This document shows, in pieces, positions 10,581 to 23,714 of a stretch of DNA of 64,000 bases. Both the position numbers and the translations under genes were made by a program. The notes below the pieces were generated by a model, which was given only the letters and a program-made list of their open reading frames with translations, was not told the origin of the DNA and made no database searches. Numbering within the stretch: the first letter of the stretch is position 1; each line of letters begins with the position of its first letter. This stretch comes from Azolla caroliniana (Eukaryota > Plantae > Polypodiophyta). The stretch spans positions 11,842,001 to 11,906,000 of the forward strand of contig JBHGNT010000017.1 of assembly GCA_043228905.1 (NCBI GenBank). The letters are read 5' to 3'.

Positions 10581-13500
10581 GTCCAGTTCTTGACGGTACG
10601 ACCCAACCACGAGCGAAACCTCGAGTCCCTCGGTGGCGAGAACCGAGAGGATTTTTAGAGAGGGCTGCCAAGGCGTGGGGCCGCGACAGTCAGGACACTC
10701 CGGGAAAACCCCACAAATGTACGATAAAATCGAAACCAAAGAATCCTTGTACCATAAGTAGGAAGTTTTGTTTCTCCGACAACGGAGGGTGTACGATAGT
10801 CGGCGTCGTAGGTCGAGAAAAGACAAGGGCGGAAGAGCGACTTCGGGCGTGCGGAGTTCTCGGGCCAAGTGAAGAAATCAACGGAGCCGTGGAGGCGGTC
10901 TCCTTCGACGATACCTTGGGAATACTGCGAGAGGTGGTCGGAGAGGGCCTTAGAGAAGACCGGACGATACCGGTTTGTTCAGAAGAGATGTATGGAGTCA
11001 TCACGGACTTCAGTCGGGGGCTCGAGTCGGATCGGACGGCCCGGGTTAACACGAAGTACAAGACTGTGGACTGGAAGGTAAGGTCAATCGCGGCACCCTT
11101 AGTGGAGGGCAGCGAGTTGCGGATCGAAGGGGTCGCGTCGGACCCCAGTTTACGTGATCCGGCCTGCATAGGACACACCTTCACCGACAGAACGCTACGG
11201 GAGCTCAAAATCGGTGGGGGCGGGTTCCTACTGCCGGCGGAAGAAGACCGGTTTCGGAGAATGCTCGAAAGGCACGGGAAAGCCTTCGCATTCTCGCCGG
11301 GAGAGATCGGGTGCGTAGACCCGGCAGTCGTGAAGTCGATGGTGATATTCATGGTACCACATGTGCCGTGGAATCTCAAACCAATTTCGGTACGGAGAGC
11401 TCACATCCCGGAGTTGATGGAGCTATTGAGGCAGAAAGTCGATATGGGCATCCTCGAACCGTCGAGTGCCCCGTACTCGAGCCGATGGTTTACCATACCG
11501 AAGAAGAACGGGACGTTGCGCTTCATTCAAGACCTGCAACCAGTCAATAGAGTGACCATTCAGAATGCAGGAATTGGACCAACGATAGACGAGTTCGCGG
11601 AGGCCTTCGCCGGAAGGTCGATCTACTCGGTCGGTGATCTATACTCGGGGTACGATCAGTTCCAACTAGCCGTAGAGAGTAGAGACATTACGACGATGCG
11701 GACTCCTCTCGGCCTAGTACGGATGTGCACCCTGCTACAAGGAGGGACGAACTCGGTGGCCCACATGGTGAATGCGATGAACAAGGTGCTGAGGGATTGT
11801 ATCCCGGACGTCACCATGCCATTCTTGGACGACATCCCGATCAAGGGATGTCCGGTGGAGGAAAGGGACGAAACGATCGGACCGGACGGATGCCGGAAAT
11901 TCGTGATGACACACATTGACGACTGCGAGAGGGTGCTGCAGAGGCTAGAGGACGTGAGGCTCACCTTCTCCGGGGAAAAATCGGCCTTCGGGCAATCAGA
12001 GATCATGGTTGTCGGACATCTATGTGGACCGTATGGCCGGAAACCGTCTCCAGCAAAGGTGGAAGCCATCTCCGCAATGAAGCCCGACTGTAACTCGGTC
12101 ACGGAGGTACGAAGGTTCTTGGGAGCATGCGCGTTCTACCACATATGGATCCCACATTACGCCCACGTTGCAGAGCCGCTATACGGGTTGCTGAAAAAGG
12201 GGCGAAAATTCGAGTGGCGAGACGAGCATGCGGAGTCGGTCCGAAAGATGAAGGAGGCTCTTGCTGCAGCTCTGGCACTCCGGAAGTCTGTCTACGACAA
12301 AGACACTCCCATCTACATAACGGTAGATACGAGTCTGACCGGAATCGGATGGGTTGTCAACCAAGAAGATGAGGACGGCATTCGGTTCCCAATCCGGTTC
12401 GGCGCGAAGGTCCTCAGTGAGCGACAGCGAGGATACGCCCAGGTTAAACGCGAACTCTGGGGTATCGTTTCGGCGGTGAAGGCCGATAAAGACTATCTGA
12501 TTGGGACAGAGGTGATTATCGAGACGGACTGCCTGCCGATTCTCGGCATGGTTTCCGGATGCGCAACCCCGGACCTGGCAATGCTCAGGTGGATAATGTA
12601 CATCAAGTCCCTGGATCCGGAAATACGACACATTTCCGGGAAAGACAATGCCATGGCCGACATGCTTTCGAGGGCGCGATTCGACGAGGAGGGTGGCATG
12701 GTTTCAGAGGACGAGGAAGTCGGCGTAGACTTCTTCGAGGCGGCTTACGTAACAACCGAGGGGGGAAGCACTCCGGCGCAAGTACGACAGGGAGTGGCTA
12801 CAGATTGGGGGATTCTTAAGGACGATGATGCCGGACGCATCGTGGACAAGGGACGAGGCCAACCGAATCCGGAAGAAAGCGTACCAATTCTTTCTCTGGG
12901 ACGGATACTTGTGGAAGCACCCGAAGAAGAGGAACGACATCCCGCTCCGAGTAGTGGCGATGAAGGAGGAACAGGAGGAACTGCTGAAGGCCTACCTCGA
13001 CAACCCCTGGGCTGGACACCGTGGGACGTGGGCCACATTCGAGAAGCTAAAGGGGAAGTACTGGTGGCCGGGATTGTACCGGGACGTGCATCAGTTCGTG
13101 ACAACTTGCGAGAGCTGTCAGATGCACTCCATAGTCCGACATCGGGACGAGCTTCACCCTACTTACCCTCCGGCCATCCACTTCAAATGGATGGTAGATT
13201 TGGTGATGATACCGATGGGTGTAAGGCAGATGTGATATCTGGTGCTGGCCCGGGAAGACCTGACAAACCACGTGGAAGGCTGAGCCCTGCAGAACAAAAC
13301 GACCGCGGCCGTGTGTCGGTTCCTGATCGAGGACGTGATATGCCGGTACGGGTGCGTCGGAAAGATCGTGGCTGACCGCGGGGAGTTGGACGCCGAAGAG
13401 GCGAGGAGCTGTTCGACCGGTTGGGGGTCAAGCTCTCGCTCACCACAGCATACAATCCAAAGAGAAACGGGAAGGTAGAGCGCGGGCACAAGCCAATCGT

Positions 13501-14095
13501 CAAAGCGCTAGTCCGAGCATGCGTAGACCAGGTCGAGAACTGGCCACGGCTATTACCTTACGCCCTGTGGGCGGACCGGACAACGCACAACTCGGTAACC
13601 GGGTTCATGCCGTCAGAGCTTATGTTCGGACAGAAGCCGATCATGCCAATGGAACAGACGATCTCCTCTTGGGTGACAGTAGACTGGAGCAATGAAATGA
13701 GTCGGGAAGAACTCTTAACAGCCCGTATACGGCAGCTCGAGCGGAGGCCAGAGGACGTAGAATGAGCGGCAAAGAGACTTCGGGCGGCGAGGATGAAGAA
13801 CAAAGCCCGGTTCGACCGGATGCACTGGCTTCGACCGAAGAAAATCGAGGAAGGCGACTGGGTGCTAGTTTATGACAGCAGCCTCGACAACCAGCACCGA
13901 GCAACACGGAAGTTCGCAAAGCGGTGGTTCGGGCCTTACGTGGTAACGAGCGCGAACGATAACGGGACGTATCACCTGGCGGAACTCGACGGTATGAGGA
14001 TGGCGATGCCGGTAGCAGGGAAGCGGGTCAAAGTGTTCAGGAAACGCCACGACGCCGAACCGGATCTAAGAGGCCTGGACAGCAAAGACGAATAG
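10581..14095 (+). pseudogene. pol: Gypsy D pol: RT, RNase H and integrase, with stops and frameshifts
   Basis: RT PKKNGTLRFIQDL, DLYSGYDQ, PFLDDI; RH ELWGIV...ETDCLPI; INT YWWPGLYRDV..CESCQ, NGKVERGH, WFGPYVV. No chromodomain seen. Confidence 0.92.
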
Positions 14096-14207
14096 TCCGA
14101 AACGGAGGGTGAACCGATGGATGAAGAAACGGGACCCAGACCGGTTTTCTCCAACCAGAAACCAATTTTGGCGCATACCGGTGGATGCGCGGTTAGGTGG
14201 GGGCGGA

Positions 14208-14855
14208 TGTCGTGAAGAAAACCGTCCCCTGGCGCAATCGGTGAATAACGCACATGAACCGGCCCTTCACGTGTGCGCACTCTTAATGTATATAATAGAG
14301 AATTAGGTACAGAGAGAGATCCGGGGTAGTTAGATTCGGTAGGTAGGAAGTAAATGAGGGAGACGGCTCCCTTCTTGACGCTATAAAGGAGAGGGAGACG
14401 GAGGGAGAAGATATAGCGCATTGAGGAGGACGAAGTGCTGTCGGACCGGAACCGAACGCTTCTCCTTTGTCTGTTCTTTGTTGCCCTTCTCTGCAGGTTT
14501 CGGGAGGCTCGCGTTGCTTCGAGGAACGCCCGTGTGCTTCCGGCAGCACCTCCATCCTATTCCCATTTCGTGCGTAGACGAACAAGCATCGGCATCTGTC
14601 CGCCGGCCTGTTCGGTTGTAGCCGCTCGCATGTTCTGCTGTGTACTCTTTATTCGTTAATATACAAACACTTGTTTCTTCTTGTCTCTGTGTCCATTCGC
14701 GTCTTCTGTGTTGACGGGCTGCCCCCCTGTGTTTGTTTGCTCATACGTGACCGAGCGTCTCTCTCCTTCTCTTTCCCCTTCTATCACCTGCTCTTCGGTT
14801 CAAGACCCCGGTGGTCCCACCTTGTTTCTACATGCACGCGCGTAACAATACGACA
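14208..14855 (+). repeat. 3' LTR of gypsy D
   Basis: Follows the PPT AGGTGGGGGCGGA and is followed by TSD GCGT. Confidence 0.95.
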
Positions 14856-17351
14856 GCGTGCTCCTCCGTTGCCCCTTTGTTCGACCGTATGCACGCTCTG
14901 TGTTCCGCCATATGCTCGGTGTCCTCCGTCCACGGGACACCCATAGTGGCCCACTTGGCCTCTGTTGATTTTCGCGTCATCCTGATTGCCCATTCTGTGC
15001 CGTTGTTGATCGCCTTCATCCCCTCGCCGTTACCTTCTTCTCCTCGCTCTTACATTGCCACAGTAGTCGAACTGCTGGTAAGTCTCCAGAACCGGTGTGG
15101 AAGATCCCTCTCCGGCCTTCTTTGTGAGAGCACCGAACCGTGCAATCCATCTTCGCGCCCAGTTTCCGACCCGACACAACCGCGTGTTGTCTTCTACCTT
15201 CGTTGTTCGACACCACCTGTGCCAAACACTGTCCCGTACCCATGCCTTACTTTAGCCCTCGATGGCCAAATGCACACCCTCCGATTCGCCTCCGTGTGTG
15301 CCTTTCCGGCTCGACACACCGTTCTTGGCTTCGGTGTCCTTGGTAGCTTTCCGGGTAGCTACCTGCGCAGGATCACCCTTAGCCTTTGGCCCGCATTGCC
15401 CGCATGGCCCGTTGTCTCCACGTCACGTTGGTTGGGTCCGGCGTCGTCACCCGTTGTTGCCTTTGTCCCCTAGCCCACACTTGCTTATCATCTCGGGCTT
15501 ACGCTTGCCACACCAGTCGTTGCCACCCCGACTGAGCTGTAGAGGGTCTCTGGTACAAGTGTGGTGGATCCTTCTCCGGTTTCGAGAATTTCTTCGTAAT
15601 TGACCCGTGTTACGCGTGCGCGTCCTCCTTCATCCTTCCAACCCTGCCGATTGGGCCCATATCCGGTTCATGGCCGTGTCACTAGCTTGATAGAGCCTTC
15701 CACTCCTTTTCGGCCCTTCTGCTACATCCCATTCATCTACCGCCACCGTCCTTCTCTCTAGGTCTCACGCCGACTCTCGGGCCGACTGTCGAAGTCTCTG
15801 AATCGGTGAGAGGATCACCGTAGGATCACCCATCCGCACTTCTACGCCGTATCTTGGGATTCTGTTCACCTGTCACCACCGTCCATCTCTCTAGGTCTCA
15901 CGTCGGGTCTCGGGCCAACCGCCAGAGTCTTCGGACTGGTGTGAGGATCACCGTAGGACCACCCCATCATTGCCTTTGCCCTTATCCCCTCTCCGCCACC
16001 ATCAGTCCCTTGGTCTTACGTCGGCTCTCGGGGCGACTGCGAAAGTCTCTAGCCCGGTGTGAAGGATCCTCGTTGGGCCTCTTGTCTTTCCTGACCCCAT
16101 CCCGGGTCGTCCTTCTCCGCAAGTCAAGAGGGTGGCTCGCTCCACACCCTCTCCCATGGTACTGATGTATTGTGTTCTGGCCTCCCCGTAGGCCTGCCTC
16201 TTCCTCCCTTCTGGATCGGTTTTCCAGAAGTCCGCTCCGCCTGGTTCTCGTCCGGGTTCGTCCATCATTCTTTGAATTGTTGGGTCCCGTTCTCCTGCCG
16301 CCATCGTCAGTATCTTGGTCTTATGTCGGATCCGATGCCGACCACCAAAATCTCTAGCCCGGTGTGAGGTGACCTGTAGGACCGTTCTTCGTTCCTTCAG
16401 TTCCCTGTTCTTCTCTTGAACTCGTCGTTGACCTTCTTGTTGTGCTCCCGCCTCCATCTTCCATCTCTCTAGGTCTCACGCCGAAGTCTCCGGATGAGAT
16501 GTGGGGATACCAATTCCGAAACGACTCCCAACGACTTATTCGAGGCCACCAACCCTTTTAGTGGTGTCGTTGGAAAGAATCCTCTCTATGATCGATCAAG
16601 CCCCACCTAGGCTTGATTCTCCATTGTCCAAAGTTTCGGCTCCGATGCCGATCCCGCCGGACTCGTTTCGTACCCTCGATCATCTTCTTCCCTAATTCTG
16701 AACTTTGCCTTGGTTGATGTTTCTCCCCATGTAAAGAGGGTGGCTTGTTCCGCACCCTCTTCCCTATTGGCACCTTCATACCGAATGCGGCCCCTATCGA
16801 ACAATCCACATCCGGATCGTGCTCCATCCGAATCAGAATGCCGACCAGTTCGATCCCCGGTCGGGTTGACTTCCGATTCCGCTCCCTTTTGCGCCGACTC
16901 TCATTTCCTCCGTCTCTATCATGGCTCCGTCCTTGACCTCCTTGCAGGCCGTTTCCCATTCATCTTCGTTGGCATCGTGCCAGGACTCCTCACTGGTGCC
17001 TTCCATCTCCCCGGTCTTATGTCGACACACGGGCTCAACTGTCGGTGTCCTCAGAATCTGCATGGAGGGCTCTTCTCCGCTCCCAAACTCCTCCTCGGCT
17101 GGACTTTCTCCATAAGTCAAGAGGGTGTCCTGCTGCACACCCTCTCCCATGGTACCATGGTACCATTCTTCGGCTTGTGTCTGGGCCATATCTGCCTTGT
17201 TCGGAAGGCCGACTAGCTCTGAGTCTTTGGAATCCGTTTGTGTGCCAGATCTCTCTTCTTCATCAACCATCTCCTTCAGAGCCTCGTACGCTTCCTAAAC
17301 CAAGCCTTCGACATTGACCTTCGACGATCCTTCTTGTTGCATGCTTATCTC

Positions 17352-17700
17352 CTACCGTGATGACATGCCGTCGCACATTATCTTCCCTTTACCTTTCGCG
17401 GAGTGCTCCTCGTCCAACCGTCGGCATACTAGTTCGACTTTCGACCAGTCCTCGGTAAGGCCATTTGCTTCATCGTCTTCTTTCATCTCAATTCCGATGG
17501 CCTCCCGTTCCGCTCGGTCGATCGATCTAACGAACAACAAGACTTTGTCCACCCCCACCGGACTTTGTTCCCGCTCCAAGAGCCGAGCAAGCTGCCGCTC
17601 GAACTCTCGGAACGCCTTCGTTGCGCCCCAATGGGTCGTCGCCGATGCAACCCACTAGTCGAAGTCATGTCGTCCACGACTCCTCGGTCGTCCTCTTTCT
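17352..17700 (-). pseudogene. gag: Gag remnant of element C
   Basis: DKVLLFVRSIDRAEREAIG...NGLTEDWSKVELVCRRLD aligns by eye with gypsy D Gag SRVLLFVKSVDTRDRGQVG...DGLTTDWAAVKRVCGRFD. Confidence 0.75.
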
Positions 17701-17835
17701 ACCACTCGCTCAATAGCCTGCTACGCCACTTCTCGTCTTATCGTCACTCGTTCGAACTCCATCACCACTTCGGACACCATCTTTGCGAAGTCTCCATCCT
17801 CCCTTGCTTCCCTTTCACATCGGGTTCACCAAAGA

Positions 17836-18690
17836 TATCGTGGTAGTCCGTGAGTATGTGTCGAAAGAGGTGGGATCACAGGGGTCTCGGACGAGGAAGA
17901 GATGGATGCTGGGAGACTGACTCTCTCCGGTCCTAGCTGCACCGGATGTGGTGTGAAACCGGAGCGATTCCGGACGCGTACCAGAAGCTATCGAACGCGA
18001 GAGAGGGAGAGAGAGAGAGAATACGTGCAACACCGACTCAACACACGTTACTTATGTACAAGAAAGGAAAGAAGAAACTCCAAAGAAGTAGACACAGACA
18101 CAGATGCACAAAACTTCACTAAATATGTACAAGAGCAAGATACAACCTTGGCTTCGAGCTGGACTAAGGGAGGTTAGGTTAAAACAGCAGCCTGCTGCCA
18201 AGCCACCAATCGGGGAGCTCTCGGGCTCGTCGCATCGAGCGGGGTCTTGCACAGGAGACAGAGCAGAAACAAAAACCCCTTAGGACATACAAGATCTTAA
18301 CCGCACTAAACCCTAAACATACACCAAGACTCAACCCACATGATGATGAAGAAGAACACCTACATGAAACCCTAAGGAAGTAAGTAAGGAAGAAAGAAGA
18401 GAAAAGTTATCATACCTTAGACCTAGGTGGTGTACCCTCCTAACTCAAAATGCACAACCCTTTTAGAAGGGACACTCTCTTCATTTTATAGAACAAGGAG
18501 AGGGATGCGTAACAATGTGGGATAAATCCCTTATTACATGGGGTTCTTTGTGCTAATTTAACTCCTATTCGGTGCCATAAAGGCACCCCTATTATTCACA
18601 CGCTTATATAAGGGTAAGTGCACATGATGCACTTCGTTGATGCCACTAACTGCTCTAGTTTTCTCACTATGGCCGTGAATCTTCACGACA
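17836..18690 (-). repeat. 5' LTR of element C
   Basis: Minus strand starts TGTCGTGAAG, like the gypsy D LTRs, and is followed by the PBS. Confidence 0.85.
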
Positions 18691-20839
18691 TTGTTCTGCC
18701 ACTCTATTCTGCATGGGTGTGTTTGGAACAATCTTTTGGTGTCGGATCTCTTTGTCAGATAGGTATCGTTTGAAGGCTCAAGAGGTGTGTTCTCCTTCGT
18801 TGTTGGATTAGACTGTCTTCACTCTGTATCCTAACCAATTCTCCACTTCCGCTATCCACTGAGTGAAGACCTCGAGCGCTTCGTCTTTCGACGTAATCGA
18901 ATAGGCTCAGACTTTCCGTGTACAATTATCTACAAATGAGGTGATGTACCGGGAGCTTCCTAGTGAGCTCTCAAACATAGGCCCACATGTATCTGTGTGC
19001 ATGATCCCAAGGGGTTGTCGTATCGTTTTTTCATCAAGAGACTGCGGACTTTGGGTCTGTTTCCAGTATCAACAATGCTCACAGAAGTTCTTCCTTGCTT
19101 GGAGTTTTGGAATGTAGCCAACCATCATGAACCAATCGAGTCCGGCTTGAGACATATGGCCGAGTCGGCCAAGCCATAAGTTCGGGTCGGTCTTTTTCGC
19201 TACATTCATGGCCCTTCTAGATTGATCACTATCATTGGGTACAAGTTGTTGTACTTGTGCCCACTTCCTATCTTCAGGTTTCCATGACTGGTCATCCATG
19301 TCGACTAGCTTAGAGTCGTTCTATACCCATTTTCGGCTAACATGCCGATGGAGACCAAACTCCTTTTCAGTGTGGGTACATGCCGAACTTGGTGCAAGAC
19401 TATCATGTTGCCAGTTGACAGTTGAATTGGTACTTTGCCAATTTCTGCGATTCTGCACTCTTGTCCATTTCCTAGTCGAACTATGCCATTGGCGCCGGTC
19501 GATGTACCTCTTATGCACTATAGAGGACTTCTTCGATCATCGAGTCCTCTAAGGACAGGATTTCTCCATATCGGGTGTCGACAACATTGACTTGGTTGTT
19601 GACTAGAGAGTGGTTCAAGTCGAATCTTCCTCAATTCCACTCGAATTGTCGACCACTCTCTTTCCTCTTGATCGACCAATAGTTGGAAACATTGTGACTG
19701 GCATTTTTGCAATGGGTGCAGGATTCGCCTAATCGGCCCGTTCTCAACTTCGACTGCTATTGGCCTCCCCTCATTTTCGATCGATTGGTGTTCCGACCGG
19801 TTTTGTCCGCTTCTTCTCTCGATCGACTGACTCGGTCGAGTAGTTGGTTTTTGCCGATTTGTCGATGGTGAGTCCCATCGATTTTTGCCGAATGTCCCTA
19901 GTGAGGAGTTCACTGATCGTCTCATCTAGATTTAGGATCAGACGACTATTGGTGAATGTCATGTAGAATACCTCCCAGCTCACCGGCAAGCTCGATAGGA
20001 GGGCAAGGGCTTTGACTTCTTCTTTGAAGTTAATCCCTTGGGAGGAGAGTTCAGAAAACGTGTGGCTGAAGGTGTTGATATGGGAGGTGGTTGGGTCCGA
20101 CTCTCTCATCTTCATATTGAATAGTTGCCTGATGAATATTAATTTCGAAGATGAGGACTTCTTTTCCTATACAGTCAACAAGTTCTCCCATAGTGAGAAC
20201 GTGGTCGTCTCTTTTGCCATGTTGAAGTAGACGTTTTCGGCTACATGCACCCGAATGGCGGAGCGAGCGATTTCATCTATTGATCTCCACTCTTCGGCTG
20301 ACATTGAAGCAGGCTTTTCGCTGTGCCGGGTGCCTTCGACTTGTTTTCAAATGATCAACACGTCCTACATCATCTCCTTCCATAGGGCAAAGTTTTTTCC
20401 ATCGAACTTTCGGATCTCAACTCTTGTACCGGATGTTGATGCGATGTTGTTTATGGAAGTAAGATTCAGTAACCTTTTTTTTTTTTTTTCTTTCACCTCT
20501 TTTTGTTGTTTGTTGTCGCCGAACAACAAGTTGCTCTAATACTAGTTGTGGGATATGGGAACAAATATGTGACAAAGTGTGTATGAGGACTTGTCTATTG
20601 TTTGCTCAGCAAAAAACACAGAAAAGAATGAAGACAAGACGATGAACACGTTGTTAAGCTTTAATGTAAGATTTATTATTTCTGTTCTCTCTCTCTCTCT
20701 CTCTCAGACTCAGAATACACGAATGATCAAGAAGGATTCTATTACAAGGTTTGGTTATTTCTTATATACTAAGCCCTAACTATTTGAACGTGTTCACACT
20801 AGGATACAAATTGGAAGAAGTTGGCCTTTTATGCCAACA
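18691..20839 (-). mobile_element. Copia A, 5' half (LTR 20547-20839, degenerate Met PBS, gag, integrase N-terminal part)
   Basis: Gag MKMRESDPTTSHINTF...LALLSSLPVSW; GAG-pre-integrase LWLGRLGHMS...CEHC; PBS remnant at about 20533-20544. Confidence 0.8.
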
Positions 20840-22239
20840 ATATCATGTACACAATGGTGGCGACCCAACCTGATCTTGCATATGCCGTAGGGGTCGTCAG
20901 CCAATACATGTCAAATCCAGGATGGAAGCCTTGGAGGGATTGAAGATGCACAACTAACTTTCGGATCGACAAACCCAACCGAAGTCGAAGGCTGCACCAA
21001 CTTCGACTATGCTAGGAATTCGGACAATCGGAAGTTGACATCAGGCTACATTTTCACCTATGGTGGCGGTGTTATATCATGGAGGTCGAAGCTCCAAGAG
21101 TGCATGACTATGTCTACCATAGAAGCCGAGTACATAGTAGCATCAAAGGCAGCGAAAGAAGCGATCTGACTACCGACTTCTTGGTAACAAAACAAATCAA
21201 CCAACCAGTGCCGACCATCTACTGTGGCTCACTGAGCGCAATACACCTCATCAATAATACTATCTATCAGGCAAAACAAAGCATATTGAGGTGTAGTATA
21301 ATCACATCTAGGAGCTAGTAACCTAAAAGAAGCTCCAAGTTTGGAAGATCGACACCAAAGTGAACATTGTTGATTGCTTTATGAAGTCGCTTCCAAATCA
21401 AAGCTTCAGAGCACTGAGGACAAAGATGGGACTATGACAAGAGACCGAGCAGAAAAAAGCTGAATGAGGAGCAGAAGCTAAATAAAAAACCGACCTGAAC
21501 AGACTCGCCAGAGAAGCAAAGTCTGCAATTTCGAAAACACAAGGGATTAAAGGAGCAACACTGAGCGACGATACCGATTCGAAAGGAACCGATCGAGAGG
21601 CGAACGAACTCGGATACAGATCGAGAATCCAATGACGAGCACAAGAGCAAGGATGAGCGACGACAAACAATCGACACATGGCTGAAATCGAGAATCGGAT
21701 ACAAGCTGACTCCTACAAACGAACCGATTCGAATGAAAGAGAACTTGTACAAGTTGACTTGACTGACTCAAATCAGTCAAACCTTGAGACTAGCCGACCT
21801 AGGCTAGACATCAACCTTACCTTTGCTGACTCGGCTATATGCCGACTGACTTGTCACATAAAATTAGATTAATTTTGCAATCTAGGTTTATGGGGAAATA
21901 ACACCAAATCACTTGCATACTTAGGAAAGAGTAGTCCTTTTACGAGGGAGTTTGTTGGCATAAAAGGCCAACTCCTTCCATTTTGTATCTTAGTGTGAAC
22001 ACGTCCAAATAGTTAGGGCTTAATATATAAACTCTAACCTAACATTGTAATGATATCCTTCTTGTATCTTGAGTATCTGAGACCGTAATAGTTACAGAAT
22101 AACGAAAGCTTCCATTAGAGCTTGAAGTGTGTTTACCTTTCCGTTCATTCTTCTGTCATACTCTCTGTGTTGTTCATTGTACACATAACCAATAGGTCCT
22201 CACAGACTTCGACATACATATTGGACACCATATCCTACT
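20840..22239 (+). mobile_element. Copia B 3' end (RT end, RNase H, 3' UTR, PPT, 3' LTR 21953-22239); host of copia A
   Basis: IMYTMVATQPDLAYAVGVVSQYMSNPG and RNase H remnants. The LTR start TGTTGGCATAAAAGGCCAAC is shared with the 20547-20839 LTR in opposite orientation. Confidence 0.8.
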
Positions 22240-22821
22240 TTCTCCTCCCTTGGGGTCTTATGTTGATTGTCTCAGCTAGGTGGCAGGCATATAACTATAA
22301 ACCATAGACCAAAAATTGGCTTCATCGGCTTCCCATTATGCACCCCCTGTAACTGCTCACGGAGTGCCACTCCCGTGATATACCCTCAGTCAATCTTTTC
22401 CCCTTCATATGTTGCTATGATGAACCCTGCCCTTTGTTTGGGCAAGCAATAGGAGTGTGGGCCGACACATGCAACCTCTAGTAAAATTTTGGTGACTTCG
22501 TGGAAAAATTCATCGATGCCTCCCTGAGTCTTGTATGCTTTTGCCGAAATATGACCATAAAACATCGGCTTCGAGAGGGTCCATACCATCATATCCTTCT
22601 CTTTTTAAATTCATAAATCGACGCAATTGTTTATTTGTTATCTTGGCGATGCCGATCTCCTTAATGATGTCATCTACTTGAGGATGTGGCTCGACATCTG
22701 CCACTCGAGGGTATCCCTGTAGACATTTTGATTCCAGCCATTGTCGCAGGCGGTTTGACCCTAGAATCGCAGCCATTGCGTCCTCTTCGAAACTAAGGTC
22801 GTTGCTATCGATGCTTGTCAA
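22240..22821 (-). pseudogene. Fragment of an unidentified TE-associated ORF family (copy 1)
   Basis: Frameshifted ORFs 22510-22821 and 22386-22592; homologous to the sequence at about 41140-41360. Confidence 0.5.
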
Positions 22822-23714
22822 AGAAGGCTTGAGTGCCAGTGTAGACTGTTATTGCTTGCTACGTGTAAAGAAAGCTTGAGTGCTCTGTGAGAGATTTGTT
22901 CGCGCTCTGTTCGCTTGTGAACGTTTGTGTTTTTCTGTGATATAGAATGTAGCTGCATGAATTTTTGGGACTCGATGGGCCAATTTTAAGACCAATCATT
23001 ATAAATAGAATATGCTATTAACTGCTCTTCAATGACCACCAATCGTAATGAATATTAAATCATGAGCTTGCCTATCCTTTTATAGTCTGAAAATGACGGT
23101 ACCAAGAACTAATGATTTAAAGAAGGCTTGAGTGCCGGTGTAGATTATTATTGCTTGCTACGTGTAAAGAAAGCTTGAGTGCTCTGTGAGAGATTTGTTC
23201 GCGCTCTGTTCGCTTGTGAACGTTTGTGTTTTTCTGTGATATAGAATGTAGCTGCATGATTTTTTGGGACTCGATGGGCCAATTTTAAGACCGATCATTA
23301 TAAATAGAATATGCTATTAACTGCTCTTCAATGACCACCAATCGTAATGAATATTAAATCATGAGCTTGCCTATCCTTTTATAGTCTGAAAATGACGGTA
23401 CCAAGAACTAATGATTTAAAGAAGGCTTGAGTGCCGGTGTAGATTATTATTGCTTGCTATGTGTAAAGAAAGCTTGAGTGCTCTGTGAGAGATTTGTTCG
23501 CGCTCTGTTCGTTTGTGAACGTTTGTGTTTTTCTATAATATAGAATGTAGCTGCATGATTTTTTGGGACTCGATGGGCCATTTTTAAGACCGATCATTAT
23601 AAATAGAATATGCTATTAACAGCTCTTCAATGACCACCACTCATAATGAATATTAAATCATGAGCTTGCCTATCCTTTTATAGTCTGAAAATGACGGTAC
23701 CAAGAACTAATGAT
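22821..23714. repeat. Tandem triplication, 299-bp unit
   Basis: Near-identical units starting AAGAAGGCTTGAGTGCC at 22821, 23120 and 23419. Confidence 0.95.

Larger units (their letters stand above)
3702..14855 (+). mobile_element. Gypsy D: Ty3/gypsy non-chromovirus (Phygy-like) retrotransposon nested in C
   Basis: 648-bp LTRs at 3702-4349 and 14208-14855 (TG...CA). Perfect 4-bp TSD GCGT, PBS 4354-4371, PPT before 14208, and gag-PR-RT-RH-INT order. Confidence 0.95.
2643..18690 (-). mobile_element. Element C: non-autonomous gypsy-derived LTR element (gag remnant only), inserted in the copia A integrase
   Basis: Paired LTRs 2643-3474 and 17836-18690. tRNA-Trp-type PBS (minus TGGTGAACCCGATGTG, about 17816-17831), PPT 3475-3486, and 4-bp TSD CTGT/TTGT. 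Removing it restores the copia integrase motif PMQNRVAEQINRMIQ. Confidence 0.85.

Noticed and set aside
10400-13375. Intact 991-aa protein
   Set aside because: The ORF is chimeric: it begins in the copia E LTR, reads gypsy RT/RH, then runs out of frame after about 12780.
14811-17317. Many 100-220 aa ORFs in the internal region of element C
   Set aside because: GC-rich, repetitive sequence with no recognisable domains; treated as spurious or decayed.
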